The notes under the pieces: model-generated
Told to the model about the DNA's origin: nothing
The model's input: the letters and a program-made list of their open reading frames with translations, nothing else
The model's database searches: none
Position numbers and translations under genes: made by a program
Shown: one piece after another, positions 52,131 through 63,289 of the stretch
Layout of the letters: the number at the start of each line of letters is the position of its first letter
How positions within the stretch are numbered: the first letter of the stretch is position 1
Assembly (NCBI GenBank): GCA_013239625.1
Contig: MU054187.1
Location: 2,365,757 to 2,429,756 of the forward strand
Length of the DNA: 64,000 nucleotides
From: Lama guanicoe
Lineage: Eukaryota
Direction of reading: 5' to 3'

Positions 52131-54400
52131 ACTTTTCTGAGCTAATAATAGTTAGGTTAGAATTTTTTTCTAACTGGTTACTATTTTCAATTTCAAATTA
52201 CCAGCAGATTGCGCTCAGGATTAAGAATGTACCTTGGCTTTTACTTGAACTTTGAAAGACTTCTCTTAAATGCTGGCTTCCTAGGAATGGAGAAGCCGTG
52301 TTTGAGTAGGATTATCTCTTTGTTGAGATCTGAACATTTAATAAACTTCCAGCCTGTTTTTCCCATTTCCTCTGGCTGGTTTTAAAATGTCATAAATCAC
52401 AGAATAAAGCCCCTGAGGTCGCTGATATTGGTTTTACATTCATCTGACTTGTGAGCCTCGGGCTCCTCAAGCAAAGGCGTCCAGTTCCTGGGGCATCACG
52501 CTTGTGACATGCACACAGCATCCCAACTGACACTGAGGCGACGGCCAGCGGTCGGCCCTGGACACACGGGAGAGGCATAAAGTAGCAATGGCAGAGGAGC
52601 ACTGATTCTGTGTTGCTTAGAAAGAACACATGGAAACGAAGCGTGTGTGGAGCTTCCCCCGCACACATGATAAAGGCAAAGGAAAAGATGCGCGAAGCTA
52701 GTTTTGCCGATCAGACCGCATATGACTGTCTGAAAGGACAAGCTGAATTAACACATACGCCAATGGCATGTTTCTTTTTAATTTTGTAAACAGTAGCATT
52801 CATTTGCTATATGTTGTTGGTCTTCATATTAGTTAGCTGTTACATTACAAAATTAATTCTCTACAAATACTTAATAACACTCAATATGCAACTCTCCCAT
52901 AAGCAACTATGTACATTTGCCTTTTAAAGCATCCAGATCTGACAATTAGGACAACTAGTAATGGTAGGTTTCAGTAAATTTGAAAACTAGATGAAATGGG
53001 TGGATTTGTTTTCCCCAGGAAATGAAAAATACCATATTGACTCAAAGAGAGAAAGAAACTGTGAGAAGAACAGAAATCAAAGAACAAATTGCAGACACAG
53101 TCAATAAGCCACTCCTGAAAGATTCCAGTAGTTTTACCGCCGAAGTCTACATATTCTTCAGGGGAAAAACAATTCCCTTAGGAAAAAGGAAAGAAAGGTA
53201 GACAAGTGGATTTTAACAGCTCTTGTAAAATATTACCACATCCATTTCAGCAGTGCAATAAAAGAGTAATCATCTTTTAGACCCAACAGGAGTGTACTTA
53301 GTAAAGTAAGGGCGACTCAACATTAAGAAATGTGTTCATGTGATTCACTTCATTAACTACCTCAGGGACGAAATTCATAGGATCATCTCAATAGATATTT
53401 ATTTTATTTTATTTGAGGGGGTAGTTAGGTTTTTAATTTATTCGCTTTTTAGTGGAGGGACTGAGGATGGAGCCCAGGATCTCGTGCATGCTGAGCACAT
53501 GCTCCACCACTGATCTAGACCCACCCCCTAGGTATGTTTTTAATACAATAGAATTCGACATTTCTGAAACGTTTTTAAGGAAAGATTTCAAACATACACA
53601 AGTGTAGACGCAATAATCTAACAAACTCCATGTGTTAATGACATAACTTTAATTATCAGCACTGTTTAATCTTTATTTGCATTTTTTTTGACACTTTTAA
53701 CTTCCTCTCGGGCTCTCCTAAGTCACCACTGCTCGGCGTGGTGTATTCATGACCCTTCGCTGCTGAATACTCCAGCATCTAGTCATTGGGTGAAAAATCA
53801 CACCTGTCGGTTTAGAATTTTCGGAACTGAGTGATGACAGCTTGCTAGTAAATGTTATAGAAATGGCATAGATTTCTGTATACTTGTTTATTCAAAATTT
53901 TAAATGATTTAAGATGTCAAAATTAGTGAACCATGTGTAAGAATTCCAAGGAACCATGTAAGAAATTGTAATGATGTTCAGAGCAAAATTAGAGTGTGAG
54001 CCCAAGTCGAGACTCTACGAAGATGAACTGAGACGTAGAACACTGAGGAAAGAAACGAGGAGGTACAGACCGGGACAGTGGCTGGCGTCCCAGGACGAAG
54101 TGCACCTGCTGTGGGTCCTCACCGAGGGCTGAGACGTGGGTCTGTCTGCTCGGCTGAACTGTGAGCACCTTGGCTCAGGGACCCTCGGTTCGTCATTTTA
54201 CGCCTAGAATTCATCGCGGTGCTTGGCAGGTTCTAGACAGTGAATAAATATTTGATCCATTAATAGATTGTAAGCATCGGCTTTTAGCAGAATTAGAAAC
54301 GCCCTGGGTAGCGTCGCACGGCGTCTGGTCAACAACCGGGGCGGCGGGGGCTCCAGGCTCCGTGGTGCTCACTGCCCCGCCTTTGCTCTCCCCGTTGCAG

Positions 54401-54540
54401 CCGATGGGCTCCGAGCGGACGGAGGCGCGGGAGCGGCCGGCGACGGCGACGGCGGGCCCCGGGCCCGGGCAGCGCGGGGCGGGGCGCCGAGCGGCCAACG
54501 CCTGCTGCTTCTGCTGGTGCTGCTGCTGCAGCTGCTCCTG
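54401..54540 (+). CDS. RGS20: RGS20 shared exon with cysteine string (PMGSER...NACCFCWCCCCSCS)
   Basis: ttgcag|CCG ATG GGC...TCC TG|gtaagg, 140 nt. Carries the RZ-family cysteine string. Confidence 0.95.
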
Positions 54541-56836
54541 GTAAGGCCCGCGCGCCCCGGCGGGGGCGGCCCGCGCCCTGCCAGCCTGGGCTTCTCGCCA
54601 GTCGCGCTTCTGAAGCACGGCCGTATGCCTGGCGGTGACTTGGGGCTCTGTGAGTGACAGCAGAAACAAAAAACAAGCAAACAAAACGAAAAACAAGAGG
54701 CCGCATCCTAGCCCTGGAGAGACACGTTCAGATCCCTGAAACCAAGCAAACCGACAGAAGTCAAACAACGAAAGGGCGGTCTAAGGCAGTGATGACTGAC
54801 TGTTAATACTGGGGCAGAAACAGCGCCCAGATTCCCCCAGAAGTGAACCTAAGGCCCGCTAGCTGGTAACAAAGGCTTCGCGGAGGGCTTAGAACTTCAT
54901 GCGGGCCTGGAAGGTTAGGGTTATGAAGGAGAAGCAGCCTGGATTTTATCTTCTGCTGCTTCTGTTTTATTAATTTTGCTTTTTAATAAAGAAAGATGTC
55001 AATGCTTGGCAGGGAGAGAAAAAAATCTAAAAAATATAGGTTAATTTACTGGTAGGGGAAGATACACAATTATTGCTTAAAAAAGGATACAACTTGACCA
55101 TTTGAGTCGTTGTTGAGGGTCTGGAGAAATGCGTATGATTCGCACCTGGAGATCACAGGGATGTTAGGTTGCGGTTCTGAAATCTCGGATATGACACGTG
55201 CTTAGTGCCAGCCCAAAGTGTGCAGAGCTTCGGGCAGTTAAGTTATTGTAAATTAATATAGGCTTGGCTGCTATCTGGACCAAGACCTCACTGTCCAGTG
55301 GAGAAGAAAAACTGGAATTGATCGGTGACATAGAACCGTTAGAATTGGGGGTTGCGAGATGTGGGGGTTGGAGGTTGAAAATGAGATTTCCAGGATAGTT
55401 TGGGCTGCTCCTGTCTGCCTTGGGCTAGTGTCAGTTTCCAAGAGGGTCCTCTCTGGTGGGTGGGACCCAGTAATGGGACATTCTGAAGACTGATGGCGTC
55501 ATGATGCAGGGAGGTCTCCCCATTCGGGACAGAACCCCAGACCCAAGTGGGAATGTGGGGGAGAGGGGCAGACAAGAGCCAAGCAGCCCAGCATGCAAGG
55601 TGAGCCTTCAGCACCGAGGAGGCGTCTAGAGGCCCCAGCAGGAGACAAGAGGGCAGGCACGTGTAGACGCTCCCGACACGCATGGTGTCCAGGACCCAAC
55701 CTAGTCGGGGAGGAGACCCCCCAGCGGTGAAGAGAGAAGGTTTAGGCCCCTTTCCACTCTCACTCTGCGAATCAGGCTCAGTGAGGTGACGTCTGAGACG
55801 TGTGCAGAGATGTCCCAGTGCAGGTGGTCAATTCAAGTCCAAAATCGATTCCCGATGGCTTAAAAACCTACATGTGACAAGCCCAGAAGGAAACACAGGG
55901 CGGTAGCTTTTACAATCTTGGGAAGGATTACTTTAAAAAAGAAAAAAGAAAATCCATAAAAGGACAAGACTGATAAATTTGCACTGAAATAAAACAATGT
56001 TTAACCAGAGAAATAAAAACATTCCACACAAAGACTTGTACGTGAATATTCACTGCTGCACGCTTCCCACTGTGAGAGGGTTCATGGCAGCATCCATCTG
56101 ATTGAAAAAAACTGGAATAAGAATATGAAAACAAATATATGTATATATATGCGTGACTGGGACATTGCGCTGCACACCAGAGACGGACACACTGTAACCG
56201 ACTGTCACTAAAAAGGAAAGAAAGAAAGAGAGAAATTAGTACCCTTTAGAAATACAAACAGTAAGGTGAGGAGTTAGGAGATAAAATGGAAGTGAAAATT
56301 CCATTGGCTGTACCCACAAAAAACCTTGGAGTAAATTTATAAAGAAATGTACAAAATGTATGTAAGGAAACTCAAACTCTCTTGAAAGAGACAAAGACAT
56401 TGACTGTATACTTCCCTGGTTTTCTCTCATACTTTTGTATGTGTGCCTGTAAATATACAAGACCTCCATTTTCATTCAAAACACAGTCTGGAGAATGTAT
56501 ACCTTTTTATAGATGCAGGAAGTGAAGTGAAAACCCCACACATTCCTGAAATCCTCACTTTTTACTGCTTTTGAGGGGATGTGTTTCATGAAAAGAATTG
56601 TTATTCTAAACGGAAACCCTCTCATTAGTGCAGACTGCAATGTTATGCCTACAGTTTATCTCACTAACGCTTGGCTAGTAGTCATTCTTTTGGTGTTCCT
56701 AAGACAAAGCAGTGTCAGCTTTATCAAGAAAGCAATTGTACTTGGTAACCTGGAGTTCTCTGAAATATCTGTAAAAAAAAATCTTTCCTTGATACAGAAG
56801 GATCTCAACTGACACATCTATGTCCCTTGCATGCAG

Positions 56837-56923
56837 TCTGACTGTCAGAAACCAAGAGGAACAGAGACTCAGAAGGGCTTCCTATGAACTCAGCAGAGAG
56901 GACCTTCCAACCTGCGAAGAAAG
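56837..56923 (+). CDS. RGS20: RGS20 shared exon (LTVRNQEEQRLRRASYELSREDLPTCEES)
   Basis: gcag|T CTG ACT GTC...GAA AG|gtaaaa, 87 nt. Phases fit both neighbouring exons. Confidence 0.95.
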
Positions 56924-59688
56924 GTAAAATCTCCTATTGTTTAGCTCACTAAGTCACAGAAATGCCAGCCTTACTATTTTTCCTTCCAGTTTTATTGAGG
57001 TATGATTGACATGCGGCGGTGCAGAAGTTTAAGCTGTACAGCATAATGATGTGACTTGCATACATCATGAAATGATTATCACATATGTTTCATGAACATC
57101 CAGCTCATATAGAGTCTCAGCCTGATTTCTGTTTGCATCATATGTTCCAACAGAATGCGGTTTCTCTAACTGCAGTTTAATAATATCAGATCATAACGTG
57201 CCATCACCTTTTCACTCGGCAGAATTCCTTTTAAGTTAATTAATTTAATTGTGTGACAGGGAGAAAAATCAGTTCCGTTATTAATCTAATGCCTGTTAAT
57301 CACAGCTATAAATTGATGCTTCATGGCAAAACATAGGACATCATTTTATTTTTATGTGATATACTTTTTAAAAAAAAGAACATAATAAAACATAAAAGCT
57401 GGGTTTTCAGGAGAATTTTTCTAGTCTCATGTTTTTCTTCACTATTAATTTATACTTAGCTAATGTATTTTTTAAAGTAATTTGGAAAAAACATATAAAT
57501 TACTTACTGTAATGCCAAAATTTTTAATTGTCTTTTTTCCTTCCTGTATTATCAACAAGTTTGCTTTCACTTACCTGTTCTTATATTTCACTTACTTTCC
57601 TTCACATTATGCCTCTATAATTGCAGATACTAGGCAAATATCCTAAGAGCACCATTCAAATAGGTCTTTATTCAATTACTTATTTTTGATGGGAGAAAAA
57701 ACCAAGTAACCTAAAAGTTGACTTAAAATATTTTTCTTCAGTCTTTATCTTATTTGTTACCCCAATACTTCAAAGTCTAGGAAGCATATTAAAATCTTCC
57801 ACAATGTATGAGTCTGTTAAAAACAGCGTTTATTTGATACATTTCAGTGTACTGTACTCTATACCAAAGCTTGAGGCTTTGGGTCTGACCTGAAACAAGA
57901 AAGCCCACATCTAGTCCTGGCTCCACTCATTCTGCCAGAAAGACCTTGTGCCCTTGGCAGCCACAGCCTGCCTCAGTCTCCTCATGTGTAAAATGGGCAT
58001 ATTAATAGTTTGTTGTGGCTCAGCCAAAGCAGGGTTGTCACAAATACCGAGTAACTAGTAAAGCACTGAGAACAGAGAGAAACAAGAGGCAAGGACTCAA
58101 TTATGTTGGACTTTATTCATTCTCAACTGTACCCAGTAATAGAACATGACTTTTTGTCCAATTCAGTGCCTTGGGCTTCCAGTTAGTTCTACTTAGATAA
58201 TAATTGTATTCCTACTTGCACTTGCCTTGCGTATCTTTGCCTGTTTGTTTTCCATTTTTGGTGCTATTTTGTATGTTTCCCAAAAAATAGCACCATGTTG
58301 GATTTTGGCCTGGTTTGAGTCTCTGTCACTGAGCGGGAATTTGAGTCAGAACGCAGTTACACTGGGCCAGTTATGTTGACGATTACCGGTATGTTTAATC
58401 TTCCAGCATATTTTTGTTGATTGCTTGCTCATAGTCTCTTCTAATTATTTCCTTCTTTTTTTTTGCCGTATGAACTGTGCTTTCTTTGCTCCTAGGTTCT
58501 GCAGTGCAGTGGAAAGGATATGCTCTCTCTCGCTCTTTATTTAATGTACTCCTGATTAAAGTTTTCAAAATCATTCTTTAATATGTTTCTTAATTGACAG
58601 GAGTAAAAAGACGTATTTTGAATCCCCATATTTAAGGAACATAATTTAACCCGCTTTATGAAGCCTCACCAATTAAATTAACCGTTCTAAAAAGAATCCA
58701 GGATTTTTATGTAATTACTTTATTATTTTTTAATTACCTTTTAAATATCTTTTAAAATACTTCTTTCAAAAGTAATTTTCCTAGTTGGGATGGGTATCTG
58801 CATCCTCACACACGATGCTTTTTGCACGATGGCAAGCCTAAGCACCTGCTCAGTCAAATCAAACAGTGCAAAAGCTTTGCAATAAAAGCTCGATTGTCCT
58901 ACTCCAGACCTTGTCCCAATCTCTAGGTTTAACTGCCACCAACAGTGTCTTTACGTATCCCCAGTGGAACTTTCTATGCATTCACACACAGCTGCACTTA
59001 AATGGGATCCATCTATGCACTGAACCTAAGTCTGAAGCTAAACTTGCCCACCGTCGGCTCAGCTGACTGCTCTCCTTCTGAGACCCCCTTTCTCTGTCTG
59101 GTCTCCAGCTTTTCCCCGAGGCTTCACTGCTGGGTCCCTTGTAATCCACCTCCAAGATACGATTTCAAGAAAAGGAGCTAGAATTTACACTGTGAACTTT
59201 GCGTATGTGGGAGAGTTTTTTTCCTACGATCACATACACAGGACAAATTCACTGCGTAGCAAATTCTTGGGTGTACATCCTTTACCCCCCAAAACTAAGC
59301 AGAGAGTCTTTGGCAGCGCAGCAGAGAGCTCTGTCTGTGGGCCTTCCCAGTGCACGACGACAGGTTTTGCATAAGCCTGAGAGTGGTCAGACGGTGGTAG
59401 GATTTTTTTTTTCACTTCTTTTCCTTTTATTTTTTTCTTATTTTTTAAGGTGGGGTAGTTAGTTTATTAGTAATTAGGTAATTTGTTTATTTTCTAATGG
59501 AGGTACTGGGGACTGAACCTAGGACCTCGTGCATGCTAAGCACACACTCTACCACTGAGCTGCCCCCGCCCCCCTTTTTTCACTTCTCTACTTTAAACCT
59601 TTGCCGCGTGCACCTGGGCATGAAGGAGCACATTCTTGGCAGCGAGTCTCGCAATCTGGTTTGCAGGCACCACGGCAGTGGCCCTGCC

Positions 59689-59761
59689 GCCCCACTCCAC
59701 ACCCGGCAGGTGCCCCACTCCACACCCGGAAGGCGCCCCACTCCACACCTGGAAGGTGCCC
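59689..59761. repeat. 23-bp minisatellite x3 (gccccactccacaccYggMaggY)
   Basis: Units at 59689-59711, 59712-59734 and 59735-59757. Confidence 0.9.
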
Positions 59762-59899
59762 GGCTCGGGTGTTTCTGCCCAAGGCTCAGGGAAACGAGCA
59801 CAGCTCTGGTCCTCGGTGCACATTTTCCTTCTCAGAGGGGTGCCATTCACTGCAGCCACCAGTGACACAGCCCCCCTGCCCCTCCTCTCGCCCGCCCAG

Positions 59900-60134
59900 C
59901 CCGAGCCCCACGCTGGAGGAGGCCAGTGCCTGGGCCCAGTCCTTCGACAAGCTGATGCTGACGCCCGCGGGGCGGAACGCCTTCCGACAGTTCCTCCGAA
60001 CCGAGTTCAGTGAGGAGAACATGCTCTTCTGGATGGCGTGCGAGGAGCTGAAACAGGAGGCCAGCAAGACCATCATCGAAGAGAAGGCGAGGACAATCTA
60101 TGAGGACTACATCTCCGTCCTTTCCCCCAAAGAG
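59900..60134 (+). CDS. RGS20: RGS20 exon, N-terminal part of RGS domain (PSPTLEEASAWAQSFDKL...SPKE)
   Basis: cag|C CCG AGC...AAA GAG|gtgcgt, 235 nt. Contains the RGS motif FLRTEFSEENMLFW. Confidence 0.97.
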
Positions 60135-60208
60135 GTGCGTGCCCCCCGGAGGTTCCCCCCCAGAGGTGTCCCCAGGAGGTGCTCCCCAAGAGGTGCCCCC
60201 TGGAGGCC
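60124..60208 (+). repeat. 13-17-bp degenerate minisatellite derived from the exon/donor junction
   Basis: Six CCCC-NN-GAGG(T/C) units starting inside the exon. Confidence 0.8.
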
Positions 60209-61325
60209 ACGGTAAGAGGGACCCCTTTGGCGTCCCGGCACCCCGCCCACTCACAGCAGCTCCAGGATACGGGAGGGTAGGAATCAGTGGCCCCATCCTT
60301 GCCAAGCTGGGAAGACAGAGACCCCGAGATGCTGAGGCTGTTCCACTGTGCTAGGTCTGAGTTACGGGTGGGCAGGCAAAGGGGCTTTGCAGGAGGAGCA
60401 TGGGCGGTGCCTGTGGAAAGGCAGATCGCTGGAGCCAGCATTCAGTGATCTGGGTGATCATTGCTTCCCTTCGTGTTAAACCACAGCGCGCGCACCGCAT
60501 AGATACCACGCCCCGCTGGCGCCGAGGTGGCCAGGCCGAGGCTCCTCACCCCGCAGAGGGGACGTGTGAGTTCATGCGGGCGGGGGTGTCCTGTTCTGGG
60601 CCGTCTGGTGTCCAGTGAAGAGGCCAGCCCTGTGGCCCGCTCTGGGCGCCGACGAGCCTCGTGCAGGAGGGAGAGCCAACTTCGGAGGGCGAGAGCAGCG
60701 TCTCCCGGGACTTCATGAACTCCAGCACTTTGAGCAGATTCTCATGAAACCCTGGCCAGCCACCATCACCGTCACTCCCACTGCAGGGGCCAGCGCATTA
60801 GGGCTCGGTTCACCCGGCCTGAGGCCCCACAGCTAACCGGTGGCCGAGCTGGAACACAAGGCCCGGCCCGCAATGCTGGCGCTGCCGCGGGGCTTCCGAG
60901 GCAGACTCCGCCGCGCTGACAGCGCGGGCCCGTCCCCAGCGCCCTGCGGCGGGTCCAGCTCCAGGCTTTGGCCCTAGCGTTCTGAGGGAATAAGCCGGGG
61001 TGCACGTGTGCACCCCACCTCTGCTCCTTGAAGACTGCAGCACACTCATTCTCGAGTAGTCACCCAGGGCTGATGCCCGCCAGCAGCACTGAGGCTCAGA
61101 AGAGGTACAGACTACCGCCCCCCACCGTCCACCGAGTCAGAAGCTCCGTGGGGCCCAGAGACCCCGACCCCGTTCACTGTGCTCAGGTTCCCTTGCAGCC
61201 GCTGGCTTCCTGGATGACCTGGTTTGGTTTGGGATTTTTGAAAAATGAAACCAGTTATAGGAGTTTGGGATGGATTTCCAAAGGGGCCCGTGTCTAACAG
61301 CGCTCCCCTGTGTCCCCGCCGACAG

Positions 61326-61514
61326 GTCAGCCTGGACTCCCGCGTCAGGGAGGTGATCAACAGGAGCATGGCGCAGCCGTCCCCCCACATCTTCGACGAC
61401 GCCCAGCTCCAGATCTACACCCTGATGCACAGGGACTCGTACCCCCGCTTCATGAACTCTGCTCTCTACAAAGACCTGCTCCGGTCCTTATCTGAGGAGT
61501 CAGCAGAAGCATAG
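61326..61514 (+). CDS. RGS20: RGS20 last coding exon (VSLDSRVRE...MHRDSYPRFMNS...ESAEA*)
   Basis: acag|GTC AGC CTG, TAG at 61512-61514. Contains the RGS motif DSYPRF. Confidence 0.97.
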   Translation, partial: VSLDSRVREVINRSMAQPSPHIFDDAQLQIYTLMHRDSYPRFMNSALYKDLLRSLSEESAEA

Positions 61515-62085
61515 GCCATGAAAGCTGTTTATCGTTCATGAACTGATAAGTGAACTTGTGGGCTCCGCCTGGTACAGGGAACCGCGAGGCTGCGGCGGGA
61601 TCTTCTGCTGGGTCGCCCTCGGGCTGTGGTAGAGAGGCAGTGTATTTACATTTGTAGGAGCAGTCGTGTGTTCTCAGTGGCAAAGACACAAGAGGACGTC
61701 TCACTGCCTGGAGCAGGTCCGTCCACGGGGACAGACAGGACCCAGATTCCCGTTTTACAAAGATGTGACCGCTCCTTGTAAAAACGGCATTCCACCTTCC
61801 TCTTAGGACACGTGTGTGCAGGTACACACGTGTGCGTGTGTATCTTACGTGGTTAATGGAAAGCACTGTGCTCTTAAGTGGATCAGCCTCGAATGTCTCG
61901 GAAGAGAAGTTGTGCTTAGAAAAGTTCTCTTGTCGAAAAGTTACTGTTACTTTATTACCAGAATCTGCCAACCTAAAGGAGGCATTCTTAAGTCCACAGC
62001 TTAGTGGTGTGCATCACAAAACGTTCAAGTAAGTGTACCTCTGTTTTTATTATTGGAAGAAATGTGGGCATTTTCACTCTAAAAA

Positions 62086-62091
62086 AATAAA
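62086..62091 (+). terminator. RGS20: Probable RGS20 polyadenylation signal AATAAA
   Basis: AATAAA ~570 nt after the stop codon. A second AATAAA at 62542-62547 belongs to an insertion. Confidence 0.65.
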
Positions 62092-62109
62092 GCACAAGAG
62101 TTTTATCTC

Positions 62110-62583
62110 CCCTGATGCCAGAATACGATTTCTTTGGGTCCTGGGCCTGACTGTGGGTCCTGGCTTCCTCTGATGACCCATTCCCATGTCAGTTACAGAA
62201 CAGGGGCCTCCAAGTCCTCCAGGTAAGACTGATTTCTAGGTAAATGGGCACAACCCAGGGAGCCCCAGAAATCGTGGCACACAGCTGGGGGGGGCGCCCG
62301 CTGCATGGCCCAGCTTCGTACTGCTTCCTCTGGGAAGTCTTCTCTAAACCCCAAGGCTGGATTCCAGGCTGGCTTTTAACAACAAAACCCTCCTCTGCCC
62401 TCCCACGGCACCTATTGCTGTTACCCTTACTGGTCTGTCTCTCCAAATACAGTGAGATCCTTGTGGGCAGAGTCTGGATGCCAAACGTCTCTGCATCCCA
62501 AGTGGCTGGCACATTGTCTAGCAAATTAATGTGTCCAGCCCAATAAAACAAGCCGCCCCCCCCTCAAAAAAAAAAAAAACCCG
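62110..62583 (+). mobile_element. L1-mediated retroposed fragment (5'-truncated retrocopy or orphan 3' transduction)
   Basis: Perfect 14-bp TSD AAGAGTTTTATCTC at 62096-62109 and 62584-62597, internal AATAAA at 62542-62547, A14 tail at 62566-62579. Confidence 0.8.
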
Positions 62584-63289
62584 AAGAGTTTTATCTCAAT
62601 CTTTTTTTTTCACATGTAACTATTTGGGAAATACAAGATTAAGTCAGTAGAGGGGGACACGGACCTTTCAGCTCCCGGACTGGGATTTAGTTTCTAGATT
62701 CTACTGGTTTTATCACAGGTGAGTTGGATAACCTCATAGCTCACACGCAGAAAGACAGCTCTGTGGACCTAAACCATCCTGAAGAAGCCCGTCACCAGAG
62801 TAAAGGAGAAAGAGAGACCCCAGCACCGGAGTGGCCCGAGCAGCGAGCTGGGAAGTAACCTGCATGAGGCCCATGCCTCCTCCTGTCACCTCCTTCCCCT
62901 GGCCCTTCAACCAGACCATTTCTTCATCAGTCTTAGAGCCCCAAACCTGAGCCCTGCATCCTCATTCTCAGCAAAACATCTCACCTCCTGCTTGACTGTG
63001 GAAATCGTGGCCCTAACCCTGCACTGTCCCTCGGAGCCTGTAAGTCCACGCAGGTCAGCATCCACTCCCACCCGCTTCAGTCCAGCCCCAGAGGAGGTGT
63101 GTTTCCTCCTCTTCAAGGCATCAACCCCGCACGTGTCCTTCTGACCCAGTCTCCTACCGTCTCCCTTTCCTTAGACAAAGGGGATGTCACCGTGATCAAG
63201 GCATACTACAGAACTCACTACTGCCGTGGAGCAATCCAGTGCCATCTGTGTGTATGAATGAATCCTGAAGTCCACCCCTGAAGCATCCT

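Noticed and set aside
59689..59761. Direct repeats resembling a CRISPR array
   Set aside because: No unique spacers, head-to-tail units, mammalian intron.
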